From assembly GCF_009834535.1 (NCBI RefSeq), contig NC_045696.1:29328001-29392000 (forward strand): a stretch of 64,000 bases of DNA, given 5' to 3'. Shown piece after piece: positions 27,656 to 41,120 of the stretch. Origin of the DNA: Camelus ferus (taxonomy: Eukaryota). The translations under genes and the position numbers were made by a program. How positions within the stretch are numbered: position 1 is the first letter of the stretch; each line of letters opens with the position of its first letter. The notes under the pieces were generated by a model that saw only the letters and a program-made list of their open reading frames with translations, did no database searches and was not told the origin of the DNA.

Positions 27656-30240
27656 ATTTAGTTTTCCTCTTTTTCCCATTCTTTTTTCTTTTTATTAATA
27701 TCCCTTCACTGAAAAAAAAGAATTTATTTTGTAGCATTGTTCAATGCCACCCACATATTTTTTACAGGACTCTCTACAGTTCTAGGATGATAATCAAGGA
27801 TAAATTCTTTAGATTTATGTCAATTGCTAAAATAAGAATAAATTAAAATGTCATTTTGAATGTTTTCATCTATCAGAACTAAGAATGAAATTTTATGTTA
27901 TTATTATAAACAAATCAGTATCTACACACAATATCAAGAAGAGGACTGAGGTAATTTGTGGATGATATAGATAATGATAAATTTAATCATTTTTAATCCT
28001 TTGTATGTAGGTTAAATTTTCTAGTGAGAACTATGTATGTATTTAAATTTGGTGCATAAGTTTATTATTTAATTTGACAAATATTTATTAGGTACCTACT
28101 TAGTACCAAATATAAGCAATAAGGAAGGCTTTTTCAGTCTAGTAAGAGATAAACACCTATTGAGGCAACTGAAATGTGGTGATTCTTTCCTTGATAGGAG
28201 GAAATAACTGATGCTCAGTTTTGGAGGCATGACTGAGAAGGAAGGTAGAAGCAGGGAAGTGAGGTAGAAGTGTTGTCTTAGCGGAGACACGAAAAACTGG
28301 TAGTCTTCTCCAGGCAAAGAGAGGGAAGATACATTTAGCAGAAGAATGAACCATACGTGAAATTGATAACTAAGTACAAATAATAGCTCTCTTTGAAAAA
28401 TACTCCTGATTGACTTTTAAATCTAATTGTTTGTCCGCCTGCCCCATGGATTTATTCTGTCTTCCTCCATCTCTCCTCTATCCCTTACTATAAAGCATGT
28501 TGGAGGTTTACTTTTTAAAATTTTTTTTCATTGAGAATGAGATTTAAGACATAGACCTTTACTATCTTAGCACCAAAAATAAAAACCCTATGACCATTTT
28601 CTTAGAAGAAGAATAATTTTATTTATGGTACTGGAATGAATATGGGATTAGGATACAAAATTGGATTACTCTTCTCTTTTTTTCAGTTTGTTCCCTTTCA
28701 ATTCCTCACTTGACTGTGTACTAGAAAGGTAGAAATTTCCATTTTAACTTCAGTACACAGTAAACTTTACGTAATGAGCTGGGCTACTAGAGTTCAAACA
28801 GAGGCTTAAATTTATGAATTAATTTAAACCCGGTAAGATCTTTCACTTTAAAGAATGGAGGTGGTTACGTTATAGGACCTCTGTCCTCTTAAAAAACAGA
28901 GGCTTTGAAGGTACTGCCCTGTCTCTACAAGTTATTTATTCTCAGGAAGAGAACATCAAATCTGCTCAGAAAAAGTACCTTTTTTATGTTTTATTTTTAG
29001 AATCAATCTGCCAAAATAACTTTAATCTTATAAATCATTCTTAGAAACTTTCAAAAAGTTAATTCTAAAATATTGTCTTTGGGAAAAATAAGAATGGGAT
29101 GGCTCGTTGGTGGGCCATAAAGGGAACTTTCAGACAGGGCATCAGGGAGAAAAATGATAAATATTGCACAATTCAAACTTTATTGACTCAAGTGACAAAA
29201 TCAGGATTTGTTCTTTAATCTTTCCATCAGTGTACAAATTTTCACTGAAATATGAATACATTCAGAGAATTGAAATTCATATTTAAGGAAATTTCTCAAA
29301 CGCTAGGCATCTAATTTCCTAGGTGAGATTTTTGTTTTATGTGCCCTCTGAATGATACAAAATTTTCTACATGCCTAGTTTTAAACTGAGAAAAACACGA
29401 ATATGTCTGCTTTATGCAAAATGTAACAGAAAGATAACTACTTTATATTTTCAATATTAGATGTTTCTTTATAGTTATGTCAAGTGTTTTGAGCAGTAGA
29501 ACTGCACTCCTTCCAAAACTGAAAAGTGCTACAATCTCCTGGGTGTTCATGAAAATTGCATAAATGATTACAGTGTTAGCTGTAACAACGCCTAATATGT
29601 TCAGTACAAACTTGGTGATTCCTCTGTTGGGAGCTCTCATCCCAGTGAGCAAAGAGGCAACATTCAAAATCTCTATTGAGATTTTTCCAACTTTTTCAAT
29701 CAACCCCTAAAGTGAAGTGATTCCACAAGTTTCAACTAAACAAACATTTCCAAGCAAATCAGAGTATAAAAGGATCATTTTTAATCCTAAGACATTTTCA
29801 GGTCATGTAAAAATTGTCTGTCAAATATAATTGTTCTCTGTCCCTTTTTAAACATCATGATGTTTGGCTTTGAAATGTATTTGACTATAGTAAAATTGAC
29901 AGCACACAGCAATTTGTATGTAGATTCTAAAATGGTGAGTACAAAGACGCAGAACCTCAAAGAGAGTCTGCAAAATATAATTATAAACTGGAACAGAAAG
30001 AATCCTCGGTTTCTACAATCTACTTAAAGATATTACTAGTAGAAATATAGCATAGAATATTGCAAATATTCCAATAACTACTCCCAGAAATTCACTAATG
30101 TTTCTAAGCCTCCTTTTCCCACTGGGGAAGAAATAATTGTTCTTCAGGCATAAATTACAGAAAAATAATACTCCTTTATTTTGTGTGTTGTTTAAAGTCT
30201 CATAAAGCACTTAAATATGTGTTTAAATGTTAAACTAAAT

Positions 30241-30298
30241 ATTTATACATATAAATATATATATATTATATATATATATATATAATATATATATATAC
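30241..30298. repeat. (TA)n-rich microsatellite
   Basis: Directly visible. Confidence 0.9.
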
Positions 30299-31749
30299 AA
30301 AATTTAGAACTCAGAACAAAATTATGTGGTTGAGTTCACATAGTGATTGATACAATTAACCATATCTTTTTATGAGGAATCTAAGGCTCACAATAATTAG
30401 TTATCCAAAGTAACATAATTAGCAAATGGTAGACCTGGGATGCAAAGTATATTCTTTATAGAGTTGACATTCTATGTACTTTCTGGGACACCAGAGAAGA
30501 CAAAGTATCCTGGAATTATTATTTTAAAAAGGCACCATAGAGCCTAAATATTGAACACCAGAACTTAATATTCAGGTTTCCCCTTGCTGAAATGTCCCTG
30601 TTAGGGTCACCTCTTCTTCTACATCTTACCAATCACAGCTCCAGCCTGAAGTGATTAGTCAGAAAAGTAAATGAGATAAATCAATTCTTAAAACAAACCA
30701 CCAGGTGAAACTACATAAGTGACTACTTTTAAAGGTTAATTATCTCTCCTGAGGGAAGACTAGAAGCCCAGAAGGAATTTAGACACCCTAATACATCATG
30801 GATTAAGCTCATGACTCTGAAATTGCAATGATTTACTCTATCCAAAGATAAGCTAAATGGAAAAGTACCAGAGGAAACAAAAATAGAAATTGGATTTACT
30901 GTTGTTTTTTTCTTTTTCCCCTAAATGAAAGGATTTACCCAGGAAGCTTTTTACTTAATCATCTCCCATTGAAGAATGTAAATCTCCTAAGTAATGCAAT
31001 GGGAGTCGTCTTCTAATATGAATTCCAAATATGCCCTGGTTTCAAGGCACACCATTAATTTTACGTTATTCATCATCTTCACTGTCAGAAGTCGTATTCT
31101 CATCTATTAGATCATCAGCTAGATGACAATTATCACTCAGCCATTGTTCACTTTAGAACACTTACAAATATCTTTCCCAGCTGGCCAAAAAGAGAGAGAT
31201 CTGGGAGATCTGGGGAAAAAAAAATGCTGGAGCAGCAATGTATCTGAAAATGTACCAAGATTTTGAGATTTCATAAAGTTGTGTGAAATGACTGTGGCAA
31301 AGGCCAATGTAAAGTAAGCTCACTATAGCCTATAGCTTGCAAAGGTAATGATTAAACCTCTGATGGAATACAAACACAAATCAGAAAAACCCTAAGAATA
31401 AACAGTAACAGAAAGTTTGAGGCGGGAAGTCAAAACGAAGAAAGTACAGCATCGTGGTGAATTAATACTTTTCTTTTTTCCTCTTTTTTCTCCCATATTT
31501 GATCTGAGAGCAAGCTGGGCCCCATACTGCATAGAAGCTCAGGACTAAAAACAATCTCCCAGAGACACCCCATTAAAAGTGGGACTGAGAAAGGGAAGCT
31601 CTTCAGCTGGAGAATGCAAGAGGACTCCCTGATGGGGTTTTGTTGTTGTTGTTTTGTTTGGGGTTTGTTTTTCATTTGTTTCTTTCCTGGACCTGCTCTA
31701 AAGTCAGCCAATAGCAACTGGTTACAGCAGCAGAGAAACCTAAAACCTT

Positions 31750-32560
31750 AAGAGAAATGGATCATTTATACATTGCTGGTGGGAGTGTAAAATGGCACAA
31801 GCATTCTGAAAATGAGTACAGCAGTTTCTTACAAGACCAAATTTGTGCTCACCATGCAAGTCAGCATTTGCACTCTTGAGTAATTATCCCAGAGAAACGA
31901 AAACTTACGTTCACACAAAACCTTGTACAGGAATACTCAAAGCAGCTATATTAATAACAGCCAGAAACTGGAAACAATCCAACTCATCAATGGGTGAATA
32001 AACTGTGGTACATCCTTACCAAGAATACTATTCAGTAATAAAAAGGGAAAAAATAATGATAAATGCAAAACCTGGATGGAACTCAAGGGAGTTATGCTGG
32101 GTGAAAAAGATAATCTCGAAAAGTCACACAAAGTATGAATCCACTTCTGTACCGTTTCTTAAATGACAAGTTATAGAAATGGAGAACAGATTAATGGTTG
32201 ATAGAGGTTAGAAAGCAAGTCAGTAGGGAAATTAGAGAAGGTGATTATGAAAGGGGTAGATGACAGATCCTTGTGATACAATTGCTCTGTATCTTGAGTA
32301 TTATTATGGTACTCACACAAAGCTAACACGTGATAAAACTGTGTAGAACTAAATACACAGACACACAAATTAGTGCACGTACAACTAGTGAAATCTGGAT
32401 AAGGTCAGTAGGTTGTATCAGTTTCCTAATCATGATATTGTACCTTAGTTATACAAGATGTTACTATTGAGGAAAACTTAGTGAAACATATACAAAATTT
32501 CTCTGTATTATTTCTTATACTTGCATCTGAATGTACAATTATCTCAAAATAAAAAGTAAA
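31750..32560 (+). mobile_element. L1MC/MD-type 3' end
   Basis: cattgctggtgggagtgtaaaatggcaca...cccagagaaacgaaaacttacgttcacacaaaacc...tatctcaaaataaaaag. Confidence 0.85.
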
Positions 32561-32682
32561 AAAACCCTGATAGAAATCTTGTCTAGGCATGTATGGCTAA
32601 AAATTTCCCTTTGAGCATTGCCTTTGCTGAATCTTATAAATGTGGGTAGTTGTATTTTCAATTTTATTCATACTTAAGTATT

Positions 32683-33050
32683 TCCTATACAATGGAATAT
32701 TTTTCAGCCATAAAAGAGAATGAAGTTCCAATACACGCTACAACATGGATAAACCTTGGAAACATTACACTAAGTGAAATAGGCCATACACGGAAGGATA
32801 GATATTGTATAATTCCCCTTATACAAACTATCTAGAATAAGCAAATTTCTAGAGACAGAAAGAAAATGGGAGTTACCTAGAGCTGGGGCGAGGGGAAAAT
32901 AGGGAGTTACTGCTTAATAGTTACAGAGTTTCTTTCTGGGGTAATGAAAAATTTTTGAAAAAAATTTTGGAAATGTACAATATTGTACATATAATTAATG
33001 CCACTGAATTGTACACTTAAATGGTTAAATGGCAATTTTTATTTTATATA
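32683..33050 (+). mobile_element. L1MB-type 3' end
   Basis: tacaatggaatatttttcagccataaaa...gctacaacatggataaacctt...aatgccactgaattgtacactt. Confidence 0.8.
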
Positions 33051-35958
33051 TATATATATTTTTTTTTTTTTTACAGGATTAGAGAACAGATCTGTAGTTA
33101 TTTGGGTTGGAAGAAAGGTGTGTTTAAAAAGGGTCAGCATGAGGGACTTCTTTGGGGTGATGGATCTGTTCTGTATACTGATTGTGTTGGTGATACACAA
33201 CTCAAAACATTTATCCTTACTCATAGAACTGTATATGAAAACGTGAATTTTATTGTATGTAAATTTAAAAGTTCAATCATCCTTCAAAATAAAAGTCCAG
33301 AAGTTTCAGAAATAGTTTCTAAAAATAGAATGCTTTTACCCAAATAATCACTTGATGGTCTCTAATAATTTCTAAGTAAGTTCCAATTTTGTATCACATT
33401 CTTTTTATTTTACTGGGACTGCTTCCTTATAATTTAAAAATATTTCCAAATTATATGAAAAAATGTAAATGCTTCATTTGCGGGGACTCTGGCTATCCAC
33501 TCATGGTTATAACTATAATTTACAGACATGAACCAGTATAGCATTCATGAAAATTGAACAAGGATTTTATTAAGTACCTCATCAAGTAGAAGGAATTTCA
33601 TGATTTTCTGATGGGATGGGTTGGCTCAATAATTAACAATTGACAAGCCAAGCTCATTATCATATTTAAGCCTTTACTTTGCCTCAGGTTGGTTTCTGTC
33701 CCTGCTAAAGGACAATGGTCATTGGTCCTCTGAGCCCTGCCATTAACCATTTCTGAAGTCATACCACTAAAATTTTAGTAATTTTCGTAAGATTGAAGAA
33801 GTGCTTTTTTTTACCAAGATAAAATACTAGCTTTCTTCTTTATTCTGTTTCTTCCTGAAGATTCATGAATCACATTATCTATCTGTAACTATTTCTGATT
33901 TTCCATATTAGAAGTAATCATTTTTCTCCCAATGTATTTTTAATAAGTCCAATAGTGAGAAGTATTATCATTTCAGTTCTTTCAAAGTGTCTAAAGTGGA
34001 CAGTGGCTATGGTTATCATAACTGTCTCTCTAAGACTTTGAATTCTTTACCTATGAGTTCAGCTGCTAGTAGCTTCCAAGATACTCCCTTTTTTTTTTCT
34101 GGATCATTTCATATTCCATCTTTCAATTCCACTAACTCCCCCTGCCTGAGCTATTGATGCAGAATTCCTCTACAGATGCCGCCTTGTGTTTGATGTTCCC
34201 AAATACCAAGATATGCGAAAGCCCAGGATCCATGCAGCCCTTCTTTGTTAGCCATGATTCCTCATCTCCCAAAGTAAAACATCAAACTACTTTGTAACTC
34301 ACAGAATTGTACTGAAGTCACAAATGTTCCATTCACTGCCATATGGGAAGACCAGTTTCATCACTGGTCTCACAGTAACCGTGTGAAATGAGATCTGTGG
34401 TTACAGGTGTGAGCTTGGATAAACTGTAGTAAGTAGGCCATCTTTTTGGAAATCCCACTGGAAAGAAAACTGGTGCATTCCCTTCCAGTATGTAAGGTTA
34501 CTTTTTTCTGAAACATTGTTCACCAAGAGGAAACTTTGTGCACTGTGATTTATTGTACTTTGTACCTGGATTTTACAGTTACAATCTAAGGGTAATAGAG
34601 GGAGAATTATCTACATGCACTAAAGGCCTTGTAATATTTCCCTCTGTCTTCTGCAGCAAGGTCTATTACTATGTATTTACATCTTACATTTGGAACCTTT
34701 TCAGTTTTCAGCATTACATATTCATAGGTTTTAAATTATCCACATTTACTTGAAACAATGTTGACAAATCTTATGTTCCTTCTTGGATCCTACATAGAGC
34801 TTCCTTCTCCCCACCATCAGGGTGTAAACAAAGGTCTATGAGTAAAAATGATGCTTATGTTCTTTCTGCATTTGCCATCCATGGACTCACATACAACACC
34901 ACGGCACTATAAGGTGTACATGTAAAATAAAAGAAGGTTTATCAGGAAAACTCACAAGCAGAGATGCAGCAGAGTTCATGGCCCCTCCATCCTCCTGGAT
35001 CGAGTAGGGAGGCATGCTTGGGTAGAGCACTGCTGGAGAGCCTTTAAGCTTAGCTTCTGGTACCAGGCTGTTTTACTATTGAGCTAATTCAAAACTGCTG
35101 TGCGAGCAGCATGCTAAGCTACCAAAAGAGAGTGGGAGTTGGGGAAAGGGAGAAAATGAGCCTCAGAATCATCCAAATTTGTCTCTCCTCTGCCCACCCC
35201 TGGCCTTTGGTGGCTCATTAAGTATGAGTCTTTCCATTAGCTCACATGGATTCTGGGTCACAGTGATTCTTGCATAATTGCCTAGCAGGTCTCCTGCAGC
35301 TGGGAAAGAGAGCAAGCCACCACTTGAAACAATTGTAAAAGACCGTTCTGGCCTTTTCATGCATAGCTAAAGTAGGAAATCTACACACACCAAACTTTCT
35401 GGGGTCAGAGGTATTCATGCCTGATGAGTTGAGATCTGTCATCCCTCTATTTATATTAGGCTGTATTTCCACTTTTAATAAAAAAAATAAGTTCTTCAGA
35501 GATTCAGGAATCACCCTTTTGTTATCAAAAACAACTTCTGGGCACAGAAGGAGGTAGTTGTACAACTGTAAGAGTCAAAGCCACAATCTAAATGCTTATC
35601 ACTCCAGGTGTCCTTACTCCGGGCAATATGCACTATTCCTCCACTCACCAAGGCCATAAACTGTCCATCCATACACCACTGCCAATGCAAACACAAATTT
35701 TTAAAATATTGAAGATGGCTAAAATGTTCCTCCTCAAACTCTTACTACTCTGTGACTCCAGAGTGCACCATTACTCAGCCAAGGCAAAGGAGATATAAAA
35801 GTATATGTATTACTTTTAAAAAGTAGCAGGCAGCCAGCCCAACCAGCTTTGTAGACGTAGTTAGTGGAGAGGCTAGAAGAGGACAAATAGAGGATTCTAG
35901 GAGTGTCAAAGCTTTCCCCATGGGGCATTCCTGTCAATTATGGTGGTTCTATGCCACT

Positions 35959-36740
35959 TGTCAAAGTACAGGAGGAATACTTTATTCAACAGGAGTTATC
36001 ACAATGTGTGTAGGAACCACTACTCACAATGAGGTCCTGCAGTGGGGAAAGAAATTGGACTCAACTCCAAATTCAACATCAGCAAGTGGGAATTAACAGC
36101 CAAGGAGTAGGGTGCAGGTCAGTGGATAGAAAACTGCTAAGAGAAAATGTTGTTCTGGCTGCACAAACTAAAAGAATTCTAGCTGAAAGCAGGCCCGGGT
36201 GATCAGACATTACCTGGGGGGTGGTAGAGAATAAGAAACCTGATTAGTTACTTAGGGGGATAGGATAAGGAAAAAAAAATGTTAACTTATAGAAGTAAAT
36301 TTTTAATGGCTGATCAATTATGTAACTGCATTTTCTTTGCAATATAGTACCCATTTAAGCACTTAAAAATGAAAGGTGTACAAAGATTAAATTAAGACAA
36401 TAAATTAGCTACATGTTTAGCTTTGGTATTAATAAAGGTCATCACCACAGTGTTGACGTGTGATACTTTATAACACAACAGTTAAACTTGTGAGTCTATA
36501 ACAGAAGTTGAAAAATATGTTAAAACAAAACCAGTGGGACTAACAGGTTGGAAATATACGTAGCAACAAAGATATTCACTCAGATCTGGAGTATTTCAAG
36601 TTTTACAGTTGGTGAGTTAAACCAAATTAGCACAATTCTGCTAAACTTGGACAATGCAGAGATGAATGCGAAAAAATGGAGGTCTGATTGAAAAGTGCAG
36701 GGGAGCCTGAATTCAGTTGGGATCAACAAGGGATCTGTCA
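35959..36740 (-). mobile_element. ERV1-class LTR interrupted by an AT-rich insert
   Basis: tgtcaaag...attggactcaactccaaa...gtgggaatt..agccaaggag...gatcagaca (left half) and ctgctaaacttggac...gggagcctga...tgtca (right half). Family uncertain. Confidence 0.45.
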
Positions 36741-36925
36741 TGTACTGGGCATTAATGCAGACGTTTGTTTTAGTCAGTTTCAGAGATGCTGCTCCATGAT
36801 CAGGAGAACTAAAATTTAGTACATACCATCAAACTATTAATGCTGTGGGTTATCAACAACTTACTCTCATTGTGTTTGGCAAATGGCTAAGGCATTCCAT
36901 AGGATTTACCCGTTTTGGAGAAGGG

Positions 36926-36959
36926 TTGTTTGTTTGTTTGTTTGTTTGTTTGTTTGTTT
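36926..36959 (+). repeat. (TTTG)n microsatellite
   Basis: Directly visible. Confidence 0.95.
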
Positions 36960-38508
36960 ATCAGTGATTCGTGTCCTTTTTTAAGGTTGAAAATCTTGTT
37001 GATAAGACCCCTACTGAGCTAACACTTTGGGTAAAGCCATAGGTGGGCTATCTTGTGGGAAATTACTGAGGGTTGCCTATTCACAACAGTAACTAAGACT
37101 CAGATACCAAGAGCTAGTTCTTGATGGTTGTATCATGTCAATTTTGCAACAGATTATTTTTAAGCTCATCTTCTCTTATGGGATTTATGATTCAGTGAAG
37201 ATGCTGTACAGGAAAAGTCACAACTGTTCTCTCAGGGAGAATGACTTGCCTTCAGTAGGGCCCCATTACAGGCTAGCAGCTATTGCTAGACCTCAGAATG
37301 AAGTTCCCAAGAACAAAAGACCAAAGTCACTAAATACCAGTGGAGGCTTTTCTGTTTGTTTCCTATGTTTTGTTTTGATTTTGGCTATCTTTGCTAAGGC
37401 TCATTACAGCTGTAAGATTGATCCCAGGAACCTGGAATTTAGGATCTAAGTAATTGACATCCCAGATACAGGGCTTGTCACACTGCTGTCTAAACACTTT
37501 TCAAGATTACAGTCTGCCAGTCAAGTTGGGCCACTAATCATGTGCCTTGTGGTAGAGATTTTAGAAAAATTACCAAATATAGAATGCATTCCCTTTAATG
37601 CCTGAAGAGGTCAAACAATTGAGGAGTTTCATTCTTTACAATGGGAGACAGAAAGGCCAGCAAATTATGCTTAAAAGGCCATGGAATGTCTCTCAGGACT
37701 GCAGCCCAGCCAGCCCCCAGCAATGGTTGTGTGGCAGAACATTGGGGGCTACCCTCATTTAAGGTTCCATTCACATTTAGTCAGTTGTGCTTGGATGCCA
37801 TGTGACATAATGAGGAGATACTTCACGGTGCAGACCACTGTTAAAATATCATCACTCCCCTAGAATGCTTAGACCTCCTCTGGCAGTCTACATTGCACCT
37901 GAGTAAGTCCAGTTCCTGATGACATGTCCCAGGAAAGCTTGGGAGAGTGAAAACAGACTGTCCTGCTTGTCAAGTAAAGACAAACGGATTTGGGGGACTT
38001 TTTAGTTAAGGAGTATGGAAAACAGGGCATTAGCAATACCCAAGGTTACATATAAATACATATACAAATAGCTGGTGACAGCTATTTGTTCAGTCACTGT
38101 AATGAAATGCTGTATCACCAGAACAACGTTTCCTTCTTTATAACCCTCGACAGTCCACAGTAAGTCTCCAAATACCAGTGACTTTTAATGACTCTTCACT
38201 GGCAGGAATGGGAGGTTGTTTTTATTGCACCCTTGCCTCCAGTGATGGTTGGATGAAGAGAGTAAATTTTTTTCCTTCTTATGAGAGGTGACATTATTTC
38301 AATGCCACAACCTTGACAAACTTTAAGCAGTGCTGAGCCATACATTCAACTACTGGAGAAACTACCAACAGGAGACTCAATGTATTCACCAGATCAGTAG
38401 GTTCAGGTCCTCATGTACTCACAGCCTCCATCTTATATAAAGGTAGGATAACACAAAAAAGCAGCCCAATCCAAAAGCCCCTTCTTCACCACCAGGGCCC
38501 TCTCCACC

Positions 38509-38539
<31 letters not shown>

Positions 38540-39269
38540 AACAGCTAGATAAAATGAGATTTCCTCATAATTCTCTTAAATCCAATAATCCAGGTGTCAC
38601 TTCAATACACTGGGTTGTTTATATTGTTCACTGTACAAATAGCCAGATAAATTCCAGGTATTTATATCAATCAACCTGGCTGCATTTCTAAGTAGCCCCT
38701 CTCTTGGTTTATTCCAAGTACTTTTACTCTCCAGAAGTGCCTACATTTCTTCCCTCAAAGTGCTGCTAATTTTTATAATATTCTTACATCTCTTTGAGGC
38801 CCCCTCATCCTCAAAGACAGCCACTGGCCCCAAGCACAGCTCCTCTCCCTAACTGTATCAGTCTTCTGGGTTTCAGCCCACTTACCTGGAAGGGGACTCT
38901 TCCTACTACCCAGCCTACTCCACCCCGTTCTCCCCAGCCCTGCCTGCTTCCCACTGGTTACTAACACCCTTGTTACTCTGCTTTCTTTCTTTCCCAAGAA
39001 ATCCATCATTCTGAGATTTCAGATCATGAATTTTGCTCTCATCTTCCTAACCACGGCATACGTTTGAGACACTACAAAGCACATACTGTCTTTAGAACTT
39101 GGGACACCAAGGGTCTAATCCTGGGTCCACAGGACCCTCAGTTGCCAGCTCTCCCACTTTCCTCCCTCTAGGAGGGCATATAGCTAAGCTCTGCTGCTTT
39201 CAATAGCAGCCCAGGACAGAGTGGTGTTTGTCCCTTTGTGGCTGCCTGCTGTTGTTCCAAAAAGGCATT

Positions 39270-39736
39270 GACCAACCACCCCAAAAGTAAAATAAAGTTT
39301 TTTAGAGAGAACTTGAAGGCATTGAGGTAGGTGGAATGGGGAATTTGTGTTTGTTAACTGTACTCACCCAGATGAAAAATCAACCTTCCCTTTGCTTCAT
39401 AACAGAAGGTAGTTTTACAACTTAGAGCCAGGTATCCAGCCTAAATTAAGTTCTTACTCTCCTACAGAGACTGGGAGACAGAGACAGTATCTTCCTTTGT
39501 GATTTAATTTCAAAGAGGTGGCTCTCAGGTCCTTCAGAAAGACTATATGCTGGGTTGTAAAACTTGCAGGAAGCTTTTAGAAGAAATAACACCTCAAAGA
39601 GGCAGGGAAAGAATTTATAATTACTAGCTTTCCAAAGGAAATGTTCTAAGAAAAGGGAGATCAGAGGCTTAGAGACTATAAGAAACCTGTCTCAAGTTTA
39701 GTCAAGCTGAGGGAAATGTTAAGGTCTTGGTTACCA
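39270..39736 (-). mobile_element. ERV1 MER34/MER39-like LTR
   Basis: tttcaaagaggtggctctcaggtccttcagaaagac...tgggttgtaaaac...tctaagaaaagggagatcag. Confidence 0.55.
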
Positions 39737-40539
39737 GATGTCCTGCCTGGACCTTATAGTCACCGACCTAAGATCTACACCTGAAGCTGGAGACTTGGCT
39801 TGAAGCTCCAGCTCTGATCTATTCAAGTAAACATCTATTATTCAGGGAAGCACTGTAACATGGGGCCAGGAACATTGCACCTAAGAAACAAAGTCAGTAA
39901 AAAAATTAATTAAAAAATTTAAAATTTTAAAAATTGATTGATTGGCTGGTTAATTTATTGATTAAGGAATAGGGACCTAAAAACTACCCACTTTCAGTAG
40001 AAAATTGAATGTGAGTCAGAGAAGGGAGCCAAGTATCAACATGACCTCTCCTGGCTCAGGACACTGCATTCTTCTGCCAGACACTGAACACCTCATTCAT
40101 AGCAAATCTTTTCAGAGACTCTGCCACAAAGTAGTTCCTCCTTCCAGGGATGCAGCAGTCCACTCACCCAACAGCTGCATTCTCTTTCATATGAGTGTTG
40201 ACCTGAGAAACTGTTTGAAACCTGTTGTCATTGAATCATCTAATTAATCCTGATTGATGTCCTCAGTTTACTGAGTCTCACACATATTTTGCAAAGCTAC
40301 CAAGTCCTAGACACTGATGCTTTTTTCCTAGGCTACCCACACAAGCGCAAGTCAACCGGCATTTGGATGGAGTCTCCAGAGTTTCTGGGGAAAACATACG
40401 TAGCAGATGGGCACACAAAGTCAAGCAGAGAGTGAAGGAGAGGTGCCAACCACCTCTCCTGCCTCTACCCCTTCACTATTACCTGGAATTAAATCAGCTG
40501 ACACATTTGCCATTTTTCACTACAAATATATTTAAAAAC

Positions 40540-41120
40540 ATTTAATCTCAAATCGAATCTTACAGCTCTTCTCTGCCTTCAATCCACTCTCAGTGCTGCC
40601 ATTGAGCTTTTCAAAACTCAGAAATAATCCCACCATTCACCTCTTTAAAACTTAAGTGGTTCTTCCCAACTTCAGAATAAAGTCAGTACCAAACTCCTTC
40701 ACCTAACAAAAAGGATAACATGCCCCAAACATACTTCTTCTTCCTCATTCCACCCCAGTGGGACCTTGTGTACTGTCACCATGTGAAAGGCACCCTCTGG
40801 AATAGTGCAGTATAGGGGAAATTTTCAACACTCTCCTTTTAACTATTCTTCGAATGACACTGCACTTCCATCCCACAAAAGACATTAATTATGAGTTAAT
40901 ATGATATTATTTGAAGCAAAGAGATGGAATTTTCACTGCTGGAGTCAGAGTCTCTTTTCTAATCCTTCGTAAGTGTAGAATGTAACCTCTTTAGATACTG
41001 GATAAATGGCATCCATCCTTTGTCCCCACTGCCCACATATAGAGCCTGGCTCACAGCTGACCCTCAAGAAGAGTGTGCCAAATAAGTGAAATTAATTAAC
41101 TGTGAATGAATGAGTGGATA
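40540..41120 (+). mobile_element. L2 fragments
   Basis: cttcagaataaagtc..aaactcctt; agagcctggctcacag...tgaatgaatga (L2 3' tail). Confidence 0.5.

Noticed and set aside
29443..29703. 86-aa hydrophobic ORF / possible exon
   Set aside because: Non-ATG start, no convincing paired splice sites, and no recognisable product in the frames I translated.
38509..38536. PolyA tail of a retrocopy
   Set aside because: No upstream polyA signal, element body or TSD recognised. Treated as a simple mononucleotide run; the same applies to 59746-59769.
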